In this document: in pieces, positions 19,305 through 28,011 of the stretch | How positions within the stretch are numbered: the first letter of the stretch is position 1 | Layout of the letters: each line of letters begins with the position of its first letter | Origin: Chitinophagia bacterium | GTDB lineage: Bacteria; Bacteroidota; Bacteroidia; Chitinophagales; Chitinophagaceae | Assembly (NCBI GenBank): GCA_021324175.1 | Contig: JAJPJP010000247.1 | Coordinates: forward strand, 8,149-72,148 | Direction of reading: 5' to 3' | Length of the DNA stretch: 64,000 nt | Notes under the pieces: model-generated | What the model saw: the letters and a program-made list of their open reading frames with translations, nothing else | What the model was told of the DNA's origin: nothing | The model's database searches: none | Translations under genes and position numbers: made by a program

Positions 19305-20576
19305 CTACTTATTTTTCAGTCGGTATTTTTTGCTGATTTTCGGATCGTCGAAGTATGCATTCAACTGTTCCTCTGTCATATTGCTATTTTCATCAATAGG
19401 CACGTCGATTAGCTGAATTTGAGTTTGCCGAAGTTCGTCTTTGAGCTTGCCCATCTTTTTTACAACGTCCATATCTTTATCTCCCATAAGACTGTTTTCA
19501 CGCAAGGTATAATCCAGTCGCTTAATTGAAGCGCGAATAAGCGACGCTGAATTCTGCTCGGCCGTTTGCTGAGGGGCGACCGTCTCCTTAACCGGAACCA
19601 ACGTCAATCCGGCGCTAGGAAGGATCTTCCCGGCATTCTGGGCACCAGCGGCGGATTCTGAAGACAAAACTGTCCCACTAAGTGCCGTGGTTGCAGTCGT
19701 TAAATCAAAGGTAGTCCGGGTGTTTTTAGTCTTTTTGACTCTTTTATCCAATTGCACGAAGGCGTACTTGAGTCGTAGAATATAAGTCGAAAGGTCCTTT
19801 ACAGTCTTGTTGTATTCCCTGAGCATTACGGGATAGTTGAGCGCATCCTTGACATAAATCCTGACCACCGCCGTATCGTGGATAAAAAATTTGTTTGTCC
19901 CGACAAAATCGAGAATTAGCAGTTTCTGTTTGGATGAATCGGTCTCTTTTACAAAATCATATGGTGGCGACCAAGTGAAATCATCATCACATTTCTTTAC
20001 GGAAGTATAATTCTTTATCGGAATGTTTGAAAAGAAATTTATGTCATCAATGGGAAAGCTACCCGCTTCACACTCAATTTTAAAGCTGATTGTATCACCC
20101 TCCTCAATGAAGAGAGTATTGCTGACCGTCGGCTTGACATGCGATTGAATAATTTCTGTTGTGAAGAAAACGATGGTAAATGATGTATCGACACGGAAAT
20201 TGGGATTGTTTAAATTCTGAACGCCTATTGAAACTTTATACGGATTGTCGTATTTCAATTTTCCCGACAAGAAATAGGACCTATCGGCCTTAAAGGTGAG
20301 GAGGCCGTTGTCCTTGTTTATTTTCAGGCCGATCGGCGAATTTTTAAGAAACCAAAAATATTGGTTCGGATCCTGATTGATTTCCAACTTATAGTTGAGA
20401 GTTGAATCAACATGCAGCGTAAAATATGGATTCAGGTTTCGAATTCTCAGAACTGTGTCTTCAATTTTCTTTACGGAGTCAGTATGAACAATTGGCGTCT
20501 GTAAAGTGGCATCCTGGGCGAACCCATTCATCATAAAGCCAATATACGCAATTATAAACCCTATGTAGTGGCGCAT
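19305..20576 (-). CDS. Secreted hypothetical protein with putative Ig-like domains and a C-terminal helical region
   Basis: Signal peptide; PIGLKINKDNGLLTF pattern typical of putative Ig (He_PIG) repeats. Confidence 0.6.
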   Translation of the reverse strand: MRHYIGFIIAYIGFMMNGFAQDATLQTPIVHTDSVKKIEDTVLRIRNLNPYFTLHVDSTLNYKLEINQDPNQYFWFLKNSPIGLKINKDNGLLTFKADRSYFLSGKLKYDNPYKVSIGVQNLNNPNFRVDTSFTIVFFTTEIIQSHVKPTVSNTLFIEEGDTISFKIECEAGSFPIDDINFFSNIPIKNYTSVKKCDDDFTWSPPYDFVKETDSSKQKLLILDFVGTNKFFIHDTAVVRIYVKDALNYPVMLREYNKTVKDLSTYILRLKYAFVQLDKRVKKTKNTRTTFDLTTATTALSGTVLSSESAAGAQNAGKILPSAGLTLVPVKETVAPQQTAEQNSASLIRASIKRLDYTLRENSLMGDKDMDVVKKMGKLKDELRQTQIQLIDVPIDENSNMTEEQLNAYFDDPKISKKYRLKNK

Positions 20577-20643
20577 TAGCAGAAGGAGTCATTTTTGAGT
20601 GGCCCAAAAAGTTTACCGCACGCGAAATTAAAGCATTAACGAT

Positions 20644-20680
20644 AAAAAAATATAATCCCCCTGTTTTTACCAGAGGGATT
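20644..20680 (-). terminator. Intrinsic terminator after hsp20
   Basis: Stem aatccc-ctg/cag-gggatt plus T-run on the minus strand. Confidence 0.65.
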
Positions 20681-20729
20681 ACCAACAAAAACCAACTGCT
20701 CACGAACCAAATTGAAGGAGCTAATGCGC

Positions 20730-21167
20730 CTAATTTATAGTTATTTGCTTGGTTGCTTCTTTGGTTTGTTCTTTCTTGGGAAGGTGTAACTTTAACAAAC
20801 CATTTTCATATTTGGCCTCGATCTTTTCCGCGTCTATTTTTTCATCCAAATTGAAACTGCGCTTAAAGCTGCGAAAAGAAAACTCCTTGCGAACGGTCTT
20901 GTAATCTTCCGTTTTATTTTCTTCCTTTTTTTCAAAGCTCACCGTCAAAAGGCCGTTTTCAATGTTTACTTTGAAATCGTCCTTTGCACGGCCAGGCACG
21001 CTCAGTTCCAAATGATATGCGTCAGGCGTCTCATGAATGTTTACCGGGGGGAACGTCCAACCCGACCATTCTCTGCCGGTAAAAGCAGGCAGTTCGTTAA
21101 AAAATTCATCGAACAAGTTGTTGAAGCCCCGGTGAACCGGTTGACTATTAAACTTTACAATTGACAT
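20730..21167 (-). CDS. Hsp20/alpha-crystallin small heat shock protein
   Basis: PPVNIHET, SFKRSFNL, AKYENGLLKLHLPK; ATG 21167. Confidence 0.95.
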   Translation of the reverse strand: MSIVKFNSQPVHRGFNNLFDEFFNELPAFTGREWSGWTFPPVNIHETPDAYHLELSVPGRAKDDFKVNIENGLLTVSFEKKEENKTEDYKTVRKEFSFRSFKRSFNLDEKIDAEKIEAKYENGLLKLHLPKKEQTKEATKQITIN

Positions 21168-21214
21168 AATAAAATGGTATTTAAGTTTTATAATTTTAAT
21201 GACAACTGAAGCGA

Positions 21215-21229
21215 TCAAACAATGTACCA
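21215..21229 (-). promoter_or_regulatory. sigma54-like -24/-12 promoter of hsp20 (TGGTACATTGTTTGA)
   Basis: GG-N10-GA spacing; parallels the element upstream of dnaK. Confidence 0.55.
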
Positions 21230-21397
21230 TTGCAACTTAAGAGACAGATCTGTGTAATTTCGACAAGTTGTGCGTCATTAATCAGACAGTTTTGCAGATC
21301 GGATTCAATATTGCTGCCGTTTATTCAGATTATTTTATTATGACGCTCGAACTTTTTTAATAGTTTTGCGTCATATAAGTGTCTAAAAAATAATATA

Positions 21398-21811
21398 ATG
21401 TATCCAGAACAGATCATTTCACCGATGAAAGAAGAGCTTACCGACAATGGGTTTCACGAATTGTTGACTGCAGACGAAGTTGACAAGCAGTTGCTGGAGA
21501 AGGGTACTACGCTTGTGATGATCAATTCGGTTTGCGGATGCTCGGCTGGTTCAGCAAGGCCGGGAGTTTTGATGGCGGTAGCGAATAGTTCCAAAAGGCC
21601 AGACTACCTTACTACAAGTTTCGCAGGTTTTGATATGGAGGCCGTCGAAAAAATTAGGGAACACTTGTTACCTTACCCTCCGTCATCACCTTCAATTGCG
21701 CTTTTTAAGGATGGCAGGCTCGTCCATATGATCGAAAGGCATCAGATCGAAGGCCGGCCGGCACAGGTCATTGCACACAACCTCATCGCGAGTTTCAATG
21801 AGTATTGTTAA
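21398..21811 (+). CDS. BrxA/BrxB family bacilliredoxin
   Basis: NSVCGCSAGSARP (CGC motif), PPSSPSIALFKDG, ERHQIEG; -7 element TAGTTTTG at 21361. Confidence 0.92.
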   Translation: MYPEQIISPMKEELTDNGFHELLTADEVDKQLLEKGTTLVMINSVCGCSAGSARPGVLMAVANSSKRPDYLTTSFAGFDMEAVEKIREHLLPYPPSSPSIALFKDGRLVHMIERHQIEGRPAQVIAHNLIASFNEYC

Positions 21812-21994
21812 TGGGCCTTGGGATATTTGAAATTAGTTTCGACATATATTAGCCGAAGTAAGCTGGCTGCTTGTCTTATGCGATTGCACGCGGTCCAATT
21901 AGGCATGTGTCTTTGAATTCTCTTGCCGGCAACGCCGCGCAATCAGGATTTTCGCTTAAACTTGCGCGACAAAAAATCAATCGGGTATAATTTT

Positions 21995-23197
21995 ATGTAT
22001 CCCAACCTATACTATGCTTTCAAAGACCTATTTCATGTTGACTGGGGCTTTCTGAAATTTGTCAACTCTTTTGGTTTTTTTGTAGCGCTGGCATTTATCG
22101 GTGCCGCCGTCACATTGTCGATGGAACTCAAGCGAAGAGAAAGAGACGGGCTCCTGAATAGCGAGGAACAAAAAATAATAGTAGGGAAACCCGCATCGCT
22201 ATCAGAGTTGCTGATCAATTTTGTCATTGGTTTTTTGCTTGGCTATAAATTCGTTGGCTTTTTTATCGCAAATCGCGGGCAGGAAATTGATCCCAGGCAG
22301 TACATGTTTTCTTCGAGTGGCAATTTAATTGCGGGATTGCTTGTCGGTGGGATCCTGGTCTTTCTGAAGTACAGAGAAAAAAGCAAATCCAAACTCAAAG
22401 ACCCCGAAGAACGAGTTGTTCGGATTTGGCCTCATGATAGAGTGGGAGATATGACCTTCTTCGCCTTTCTATTTGGATTCCTGGGTGCCAAACTTTTCGA
22501 TATACTCGAAAGCCCCTCCGATTTTATAGAATCAATCAGGGCGGTTAATCGAGGTTCGCAGGATTTCGCTTCGATTATTTTTAGCGGGCTAACTTTTTAT
22601 GGAGGGCTAATTTGTGCCGCATTGGCTATTTGGGTTTATGCCCGAAAGCATCATATCGGTTTTTGGGAATTGAATGATTCTGCAGCACCGGGCCTCATGC
22701 TTTCCTATGCGATAGGCCGGATTGGCTGCCAGGTGTCTGGTGATGGCGATTGGGGAATTGAGAATATGCATCCCAAGCCGATCAGCTGGCTGCCAGAGTG
22801 GATGTGGTCCTATCATTATCCTCACAATGTAATAAGCAAAGGAATTAATATTCCAGGCTGCTTTGACGCACAGTACTGCAGCCAACTGCCTGTTGGCGTC
22901 TACCCAACGCCTTTTTACGAGACAGTCATGTGTTTAATTTTGTTTGCTGTAATCTGGAGGTTGAGAAAAAAATTTACGATACCGGGAACTCTTTTTGCTT
23001 TTTATCTAATTCTGAACGGAGTGGAAAGATTCTTTATCGAAAAAATTAGAGTAAATGTGAAATATGACTTTCTGGGAATCCATCCTACTCAGGCAGAAAT
23101 TATTTCATTCTTACTGGTTATTATAGGCGCTGTCTTGTGGATCTGGCTTAAAAAGAGGAAAATAGCAGGCACTAACCATGCAAGAGCCGTCGAATAG
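21995..23197 (+). CDS. lgt: Prolipoprotein diacylglyceryl transferase
   Basis: GLTFYGG, GRIGC, GDGDWG, PTPFYE, RFFIEKIR; multiple TM helices. Confidence 0.88.
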   Translation: MYPNLYYAFKDLFHVDWGFLKFVNSFGFFVALAFIGAAVTLSMELKRRERDGLLNSEEQKIIVGKPASLSELLINFVIGFLLGYKFVGFFIANRGQEIDPRQYMFSSSGNLIAGLLVGGILVFLKYREKSKSKLKDPEERVVRIWPHDRVGDMTFFAFLFGFLGAKLFDILESPSDFIESIRAVNRGSQDFASIIFSGLTFYGGLICAALAIWVYARKHHIGFWELNDSAAPGLMLSYAIGRIGCQVSGDGDWGIENMHPKPISWLPEWMWSYHYPHNVISKGINIPGCFDAQYCSQLPVGVYPTPFYETVMCLILFAVIWRLRKKFTIPGTLFAFYLILNGVERFFIEKIRVNVKYDFLGIHPTQAEIISFLLVIIGAVLWIWLKKRKIAGTNHARAVE

Positions 23198-23200
23198 CAC

Positions 23201-25186
23201 CTATTTCATGGTGATTTTCATGGCCATTCCGCCCCCCGCGGAAACTTGAACATTTACAGTGTCTTTCGCAGTTACCGCCCTATTCTCCCTTTCCAGGTGG
23301 TTGGGATTCTTATTCGCGTCGTCAGCGTCGGTATATATTTCTGCCAAATATGTCCCCGGCCCTAGAAAAGACATTGGAATCTTCAATGTTCTTGGAGCGT
23401 GATTCGTGATTGTTCCCAAATACCAGTCGTTATTTTTTCTTCTTGCAATGGTTATATATTCGAAGGCCTTTGTTGGTTCAAGAACTTTGGTCTCGTCCCA
23501 GACTGTTGGTATTTGAGTTATGAACTCGAATCCAGCTTCGCCTTCATAAGCCGCGGGATAATCGCAGACCATCTGGAGGTAATTTTCAAGGACGACATAC
23601 ATTGCAAGCATGTGACATCTTGTTCCCAGAACAAGAGGCCTCGTGTATTGCGCCCTGAATGTCGATTGGGGAACTGCGCGAAACCCTCCAAGGTGATAAT
23701 CAGTTGAACCGGCGAGCATCCTGGTAAAAGGCATGTTTATATCGTGATCGGGAGATATCCCCTCATTATTCCATTTGTCTGCTTCATAATTAAGCGTGCC
23801 TTCCCGCGTAAATTCGTTTGGATAGGTTCTGCTGAGTCCGGTCGGCTTGTAGGCCCCGTGAAATTGAATATGGAGATGGTGAGCCGCCGCCTTTTGCAAT
23901 ATTTCAACCTGCATATTGACCATCTGTTGGTCATCCCGGTCCATGAAGTCAACCATCATCCCCTTCAAGCCCCATTTCTCGAATAATGCAAATGCGGTAT
24001 CGAGTTTTGGATACAAAGCGTAAAAGTGAACCCATACTCGTACGCCGACCCCTTTTGACTTGGCATAACTGCATATTTCCGCCATATCCAGACCCGGAAC
24101 GGGTGTAGTCACATCTGCATGCGCACCCGGTTGAAAATTAACTCCGTCATCCACATACCATTGATGTAACCCATATTCAACTACTGAATGATATTCCAAG
24201 TGGTTCCTCGCGCAGAAATCGATGTAGTAGCGGTTGGTTACAAAATTGTTGCCTGGCGCATTCAGGGTATCCGGTGTGACATTACCATTCCACCACGGGA
24301 AGGTAGTCTTTCCCGGTTTTAGCCATGTCAAGTCCGGGATTTTGCAAGGTTCGTTCAGATCGGTTATAATGTTGCTTTCAATTAGGTCACCTATTCGGTC
24401 GCTGATCAAAAGGACTCGCCAGGGAGTGTTATGCGGCAGAGTTGATTTTACTTTTATAGACGTTTGATGCGGCCATGGGGAGAGCCGGCTAACGAGTTCG
24501 TCGTTTCTTTTAGACAGATACATACCCGCATAGTCAACAAGTTCTGCTTCCGTAATGCCGACATAAATGTTTTTGGGAAATTCAAGGAGGACCGGGAGGT
24601 CCAAAAGCGTATCTTCCCTTAGCTTAAGAAAGGGAACAGTCTGATAAATGCCTTCATGGGAACTTGTATAGTTGCCGAACATCAGCGAATGAACCATTGG
24701 ATTTCCCGGAATTCGAAAATTTGTGTTTTCATCCAGGAGGGTGAACTCCGTCCACGTTGCTTGTTGCGGAATCTCATACCGGAACGCCAGGCCTCCGTTG
24801 AATGCACGAACCACCAGGTTTACGCGCGTTTTTTCAGGACCAGATGCTATTATCGGGATGGTTACTTCCTTATATGGATCATGGACTTTACGCGTCTTAC
24901 CTACAGGAAGTTCGTAATCTTCGACTGAATTGCGGAAAACAGCCCGACCTGAGTTGACTTCATCGCCGATTTCACCATTTGCAAATTGGAGGCCTAGCCC
25001 GGATTCGGCCACAATAGGAGTCCCTTTGAACAGCACATTGTATCTTGCTGAGCCGTGGCTAATCCGGAATGAAAAACTGAGTTTTCCGTCGGGTGAAAAT
25101 AAATGGACAAGTTTCTGTCCATGCAGGCGGCCAGGGATCAGAAAGATTTCTGCTAGCAGGAAGAATATTATTATTCTCATATGCAT
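23201..25186 (-). CDS. Glycoside hydrolase family 97 protein
   Basis: Signal peptide; TPWR, WLKPGK, VDFMDRDDQ, FHG..KPTGLSRTYPN, PFTRMLAG. Confidence 0.92.
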   Translation of the reverse strand: MHMRIIIFFLLAEIFLIPGRLHGQKLVHLFSPDGKLSFSFRISHGSARYNVLFKGTPIVAESGLGLQFANGEIGDEVNSGRAVFRNSVEDYELPVGKTRKVHDPYKEVTIPIIASGPEKTRVNLVVRAFNGGLAFRYEIPQQATWTEFTLLDENTNFRIPGNPMVHSLMFGNYTSSHEGIYQTVPFLKLREDTLLDLPVLLEFPKNIYVGITEAELVDYAGMYLSKRNDELVSRLSPWPHQTSIKVKSTLPHNTPWRVLLISDRIGDLIESNIITDLNEPCKIPDLTWLKPGKTTFPWWNGNVTPDTLNAPGNNFVTNRYYIDFCARNHLEYHSVVEYGLHQWYVDDGVNFQPGAHADVTTPVPGLDMAEICSYAKSKGVGVRVWVHFYALYPKLDTAFALFEKWGLKGMMVDFMDRDDQQMVNMQVEILQKAAAHHLHIQFHGAYKPTGLSRTYPNEFTREGTLNYEADKWNNEGISPDHDINMPFTRMLAGSTDYHLGGFRAVPQSTFRAQYTRPLVLGTRCHMLAMYVVLENYLQMVCDYPAAYEGEAGFEFITQIPTVWDETKVLEPTKAFEYITIARRKNNDWYLGTITNHAPRTLKIPMSFLGPGTYLAEIYTDADDANKNPNHLERENRAVTAKDTVNVQVSAGGGMAMKITMK

Positions 25187-25380
25187 GGATGTGAGGGTTG
25201 AAGGTAGTTCTATTCCTCAAAAAAATATCTCCTTCGACTCAGGGCGAGACTTAATACTTTTGCTAATTTCCCTGGATTTGCCGTTACATGGCTTAGTTTG
25301 AATAGTAATCGGTTCGAGAAATTTTACAAAAAAGTATGATGCAAATTTGCAAATGTTGATATCATTAAATTGCATTTTAT

Positions 25381-25842
25381 ATGGTCAAGGGCAATTTATA
25401 TTTTGAGGAATTTTTGATTGCTGGCATTTCTTTGCGAACGACAAATGAAGCCGACCAATCCCAAATGGACATTGGTAATCTCTGGTCTCGTTTCTTTCGT
25501 GACAAGGTGATTGAGACACTTCCTAGGAAGATTTCAGATGAGATTTATTGCTTGTATTCGGGGTATGACCCCGATCATCTGAATATATACGATACCACAA
25601 TAGGTTGCAGAATTGAAAGCGTGAAGAATTTGCCTCCTGGTCTGGTCATGAGAAAAATAAGTTCTGGAAAATACGCCCACTACATATCGGCCGGGAAATT
25701 ACCGCAATGTGTCGTTGCCACTTGGCGCGAGATTTGGCAGACCAGAAATGACAGAATATTTACCTCCGATTTTGACGTTTATGGGGAAAAAGCTCGGGAC
25801 ATGACTTTTGCTGAAGTGGAAACTTTTCTTTCAATAGTATAG
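25381..25842 (+). CDS. GyrI-like small-molecule-binding domain protein
   Basis: GISLRTTN, IGNLWSRF, WREIW, DFDVY pattern. Confidence 0.8.
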   Translation: MVKGNLYFEEFLIAGISLRTTNEADQSQMDIGNLWSRFFRDKVIETLPRKISDEIYCLYSGYDPDHLNIYDTTIGCRIESVKNLPPGLVMRKISSGKYAHYISAGKLPQCVVATWREIWQTRNDRIFTSDFDVYGEKARDMTFAEVETFLSIV

Positions 25843-25855
25843 CATTTTCGAACAG

Positions 25856-27166
25856 TTATTCAGCAGTCCAATTTTGCCTCTCGTCCGGACTAAACTTCCA
25901 CGGGGCGAAGTTGTTTTCAACATTGCTAAACATCGAATTCCACTCGGGCGGTGCGCTGCTTTCCTCCATTACCAGCGAACGCCTCAATTCTAAAATTATT
26001 TCTAATGGACTAATGCTCACGGGACACTCTTGGACGCAGGCATTGCAAGTAGTGCACGCGCGCAATTCCTCGACTGATATATAACTCAACAAATTCTTCC
26101 CATCGCTTTGAAAGACTCCATATTTATCAACAATTCTGCCGACTTCTTCAGCCCTGTCCCTCGTATCCATCATGATTTTCCGCGGTGAGAGTAGCTTGCC
26201 AGTTTGGTTTGCCGGGCAAGCAGCAGTGCATCGCCCGCATTCAGTGCATGCGTATGCATCAAGCAGATTCCGCCAACTTAACTCGAAGACGTCTTTTGCG
26301 CCAAAACCACCTGTTGGAGCAGCATCAGTGGGCGCTGACTCGGGATGCATGGCATATAACACTTCCTTTTGAATGGCTGGCATATTGCGCATTTTGCCAG
26401 GCGGGAAAAGTCGCGTGTAATAAGCATTAGGGAAAGCGAAAAGAATATGCAAGTGCTTGGAATAAGGGAGATAATTGAGAAATGCAAATATGCCTAGAAT
26501 ATGCAGCCACCAGCAAATTCTCTCCAGAACGGCCAATCCGGTATTGCTCATCGATATCAGCAGCGGATGAATCATTTTTGAAAAAAGAAAATCGCCGGTA
26601 GGGTGCGTTGCGAAGTGACTATAGCCCCGTGTTTGAAGAATTGTGTCGGCTGCATTCATAGTAAGAAATAATCCCATCAATATGATCTCTGCGATTAAAA
26701 TATAATTAGCGTCGCTTCTTGGCCAACCGTCCAGGTCTTTGCTTGCAAATCTTCTTAATTTCAAAATATTTCTCCTGCACAGAAAAAGAACACAGGAGAC
26801 CAAGACACCGACCGCCAGTAATTCGAACGCGTTTATTAGAATAACATACCCTCCTCCAAGAAATCTTGAAAAAAGGCGATGAGATCCAAATACGCCGTCA
26901 AGAAATATTTCGAAGACTTCAACATTAATAATTATGAATCCCGCATAAATAAAAAAATGTAGAATTGCCACGAGAGGGTTTCTGAACATTTTCTTTTGGC
27001 CTAAGGCAAGCAACAGCACATTTTTCCAACGTTGGCTGCGATTGTCGCCAAAGAATTCATCTTTTCCCAGCAGAATATTTCGACGAATTTTCGCAATATT
27101 TCGGGTAAAAAGGACTATGGCAAAAATAGCTGCCAGAATAAAAGCACCTTGTTGGATTAATTGCAT
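25856..27166 (-). CDS. Membrane Fe-S oxidoreductase (FadF-like N-terminal part)
   Basis: TM region, PYSKHLH, CTECGRCTAACP and CTTCNACVQECP 4Fe-4S motifs. Confidence 0.85.
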   Translation of the reverse strand: MQLIQQGAFILAAIFAIVLFTRNIAKIRRNILLGKDEFFGDNRSQRWKNVLLLALGQKKMFRNPLVAILHFFIYAGFIIINVEVFEIFLDGVFGSHRLFSRFLGGGYVILINAFELLAVGVLVSCVLFLCRRNILKLRRFASKDLDGWPRSDANYILIAEIILMGLFLTMNAADTILQTRGYSHFATHPTGDFLFSKMIHPLLISMSNTGLAVLERICWWLHILGIFAFLNYLPYSKHLHILFAFPNAYYTRLFPPGKMRNMPAIQKEVLYAMHPESAPTDAAPTGGFGAKDVFELSWRNLLDAYACTECGRCTAACPANQTGKLLSPRKIMMDTRDRAEEVGRIVDKYGVFQSDGKNLLSYISVEELRACTTCNACVQECPVSISPLEIILELRRSLVMEESSAPPEWNSMFSNVENNFAPWKFSPDERQNWTAE

Positions 27167-27322
27167 GGCCGACGCAAGTTAAAATTCTAATTTGAAACAA
27201 GAAAGGGGCAATTTTAGACTTTAGCATTTCCGTCGTCATTGAAGTCCTGTCATTTAGTTATAAATGGACCTTGTTGCATATTTTATATTCAGATACTCCG
27301 CTCCCGGCAGTATATTTGTTTT

Positions 27323-27817
27323 ATGCAAAAGAACTATATACTGACGACAGAAATCTCCCAACGAAAAATGCTCAGGATGGCATACGAAATTATAGAAAAT
27401 AATTTCGATGAGGACGAACTGATTCTCGCTGGAATTCGTGAGAGCGGTAGCGTGATTGCTCGAAATATTCAGACACTATTAGGCCAGATCACGAATATTT
27501 CGACAGACTTGATCATGGTGACGTTAGACAAAAAGGTCCCGCAGGAAGTGACTTTGAGCAGATCAGTGAATTTTGAAGGGAAAATCGTGATCCTAATTGA
27601 TGATGTGAGCAATAGCGGTAGAACCTTACTTTATTCGCTCAAGCCATTTCTTAATTTTCATCCCAAGAAAATCCAGACATTAGTATTGGTTGAGCGGACA
27701 CACAAGGCATACCCCATTAAACCCGACTATGTTGGATTATCAGTGGCTACCACGCTGCAGGAGCACATCTACGTCGAAGTCGATGGCGAAACAGTTAAAG
27801 GGGCGTGGCTGGAATGA
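27323..27817 (+). CDS. PyrR-like phosphoribosyltransferase
   Basis: RMAYEIIENN, PRPP loop ILIDDVSNSGRT, PIKPDYVG; ATG 27323. Confidence 0.85.
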   Translation: MQKNYILTTEISQRKMLRMAYEIIENNFDEDELILAGIRESGSVIARNIQTLLGQITNISTDLIMVTLDKKVPQEVTLSRSVNFEGKIVILIDDVSNSGRTLLYSLKPFLNFHPKKIQTLVLVERTHKAYPIKPDYVGLSVATTLQEHIYVEVDGETVKGAWLE

Positions 27818-28011
27818 AACAAAGCCCCAATATTGGCTCCTGATGGAAGTGCATTTATTTGAGTCAAGTAATCGTAAAAAAAACTAAAAATCTCGTTTCA
27901 AATTCGTCCAAAAATCTGCAATTTTCTTCCTGTTTATTGATGCAAATTTGGTAAATTTGCACTCCTTTCCACCGAACTTGAAAATCTGATTTTTTATAGC
28001 TATAAAAAAGT

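Noticed and set aside
14939-25186. Esterase and GH97 as a polysaccharide utilisation locus
   Set aside because: They are separated by housekeeping genes and have no susC/susD pair or regulator.
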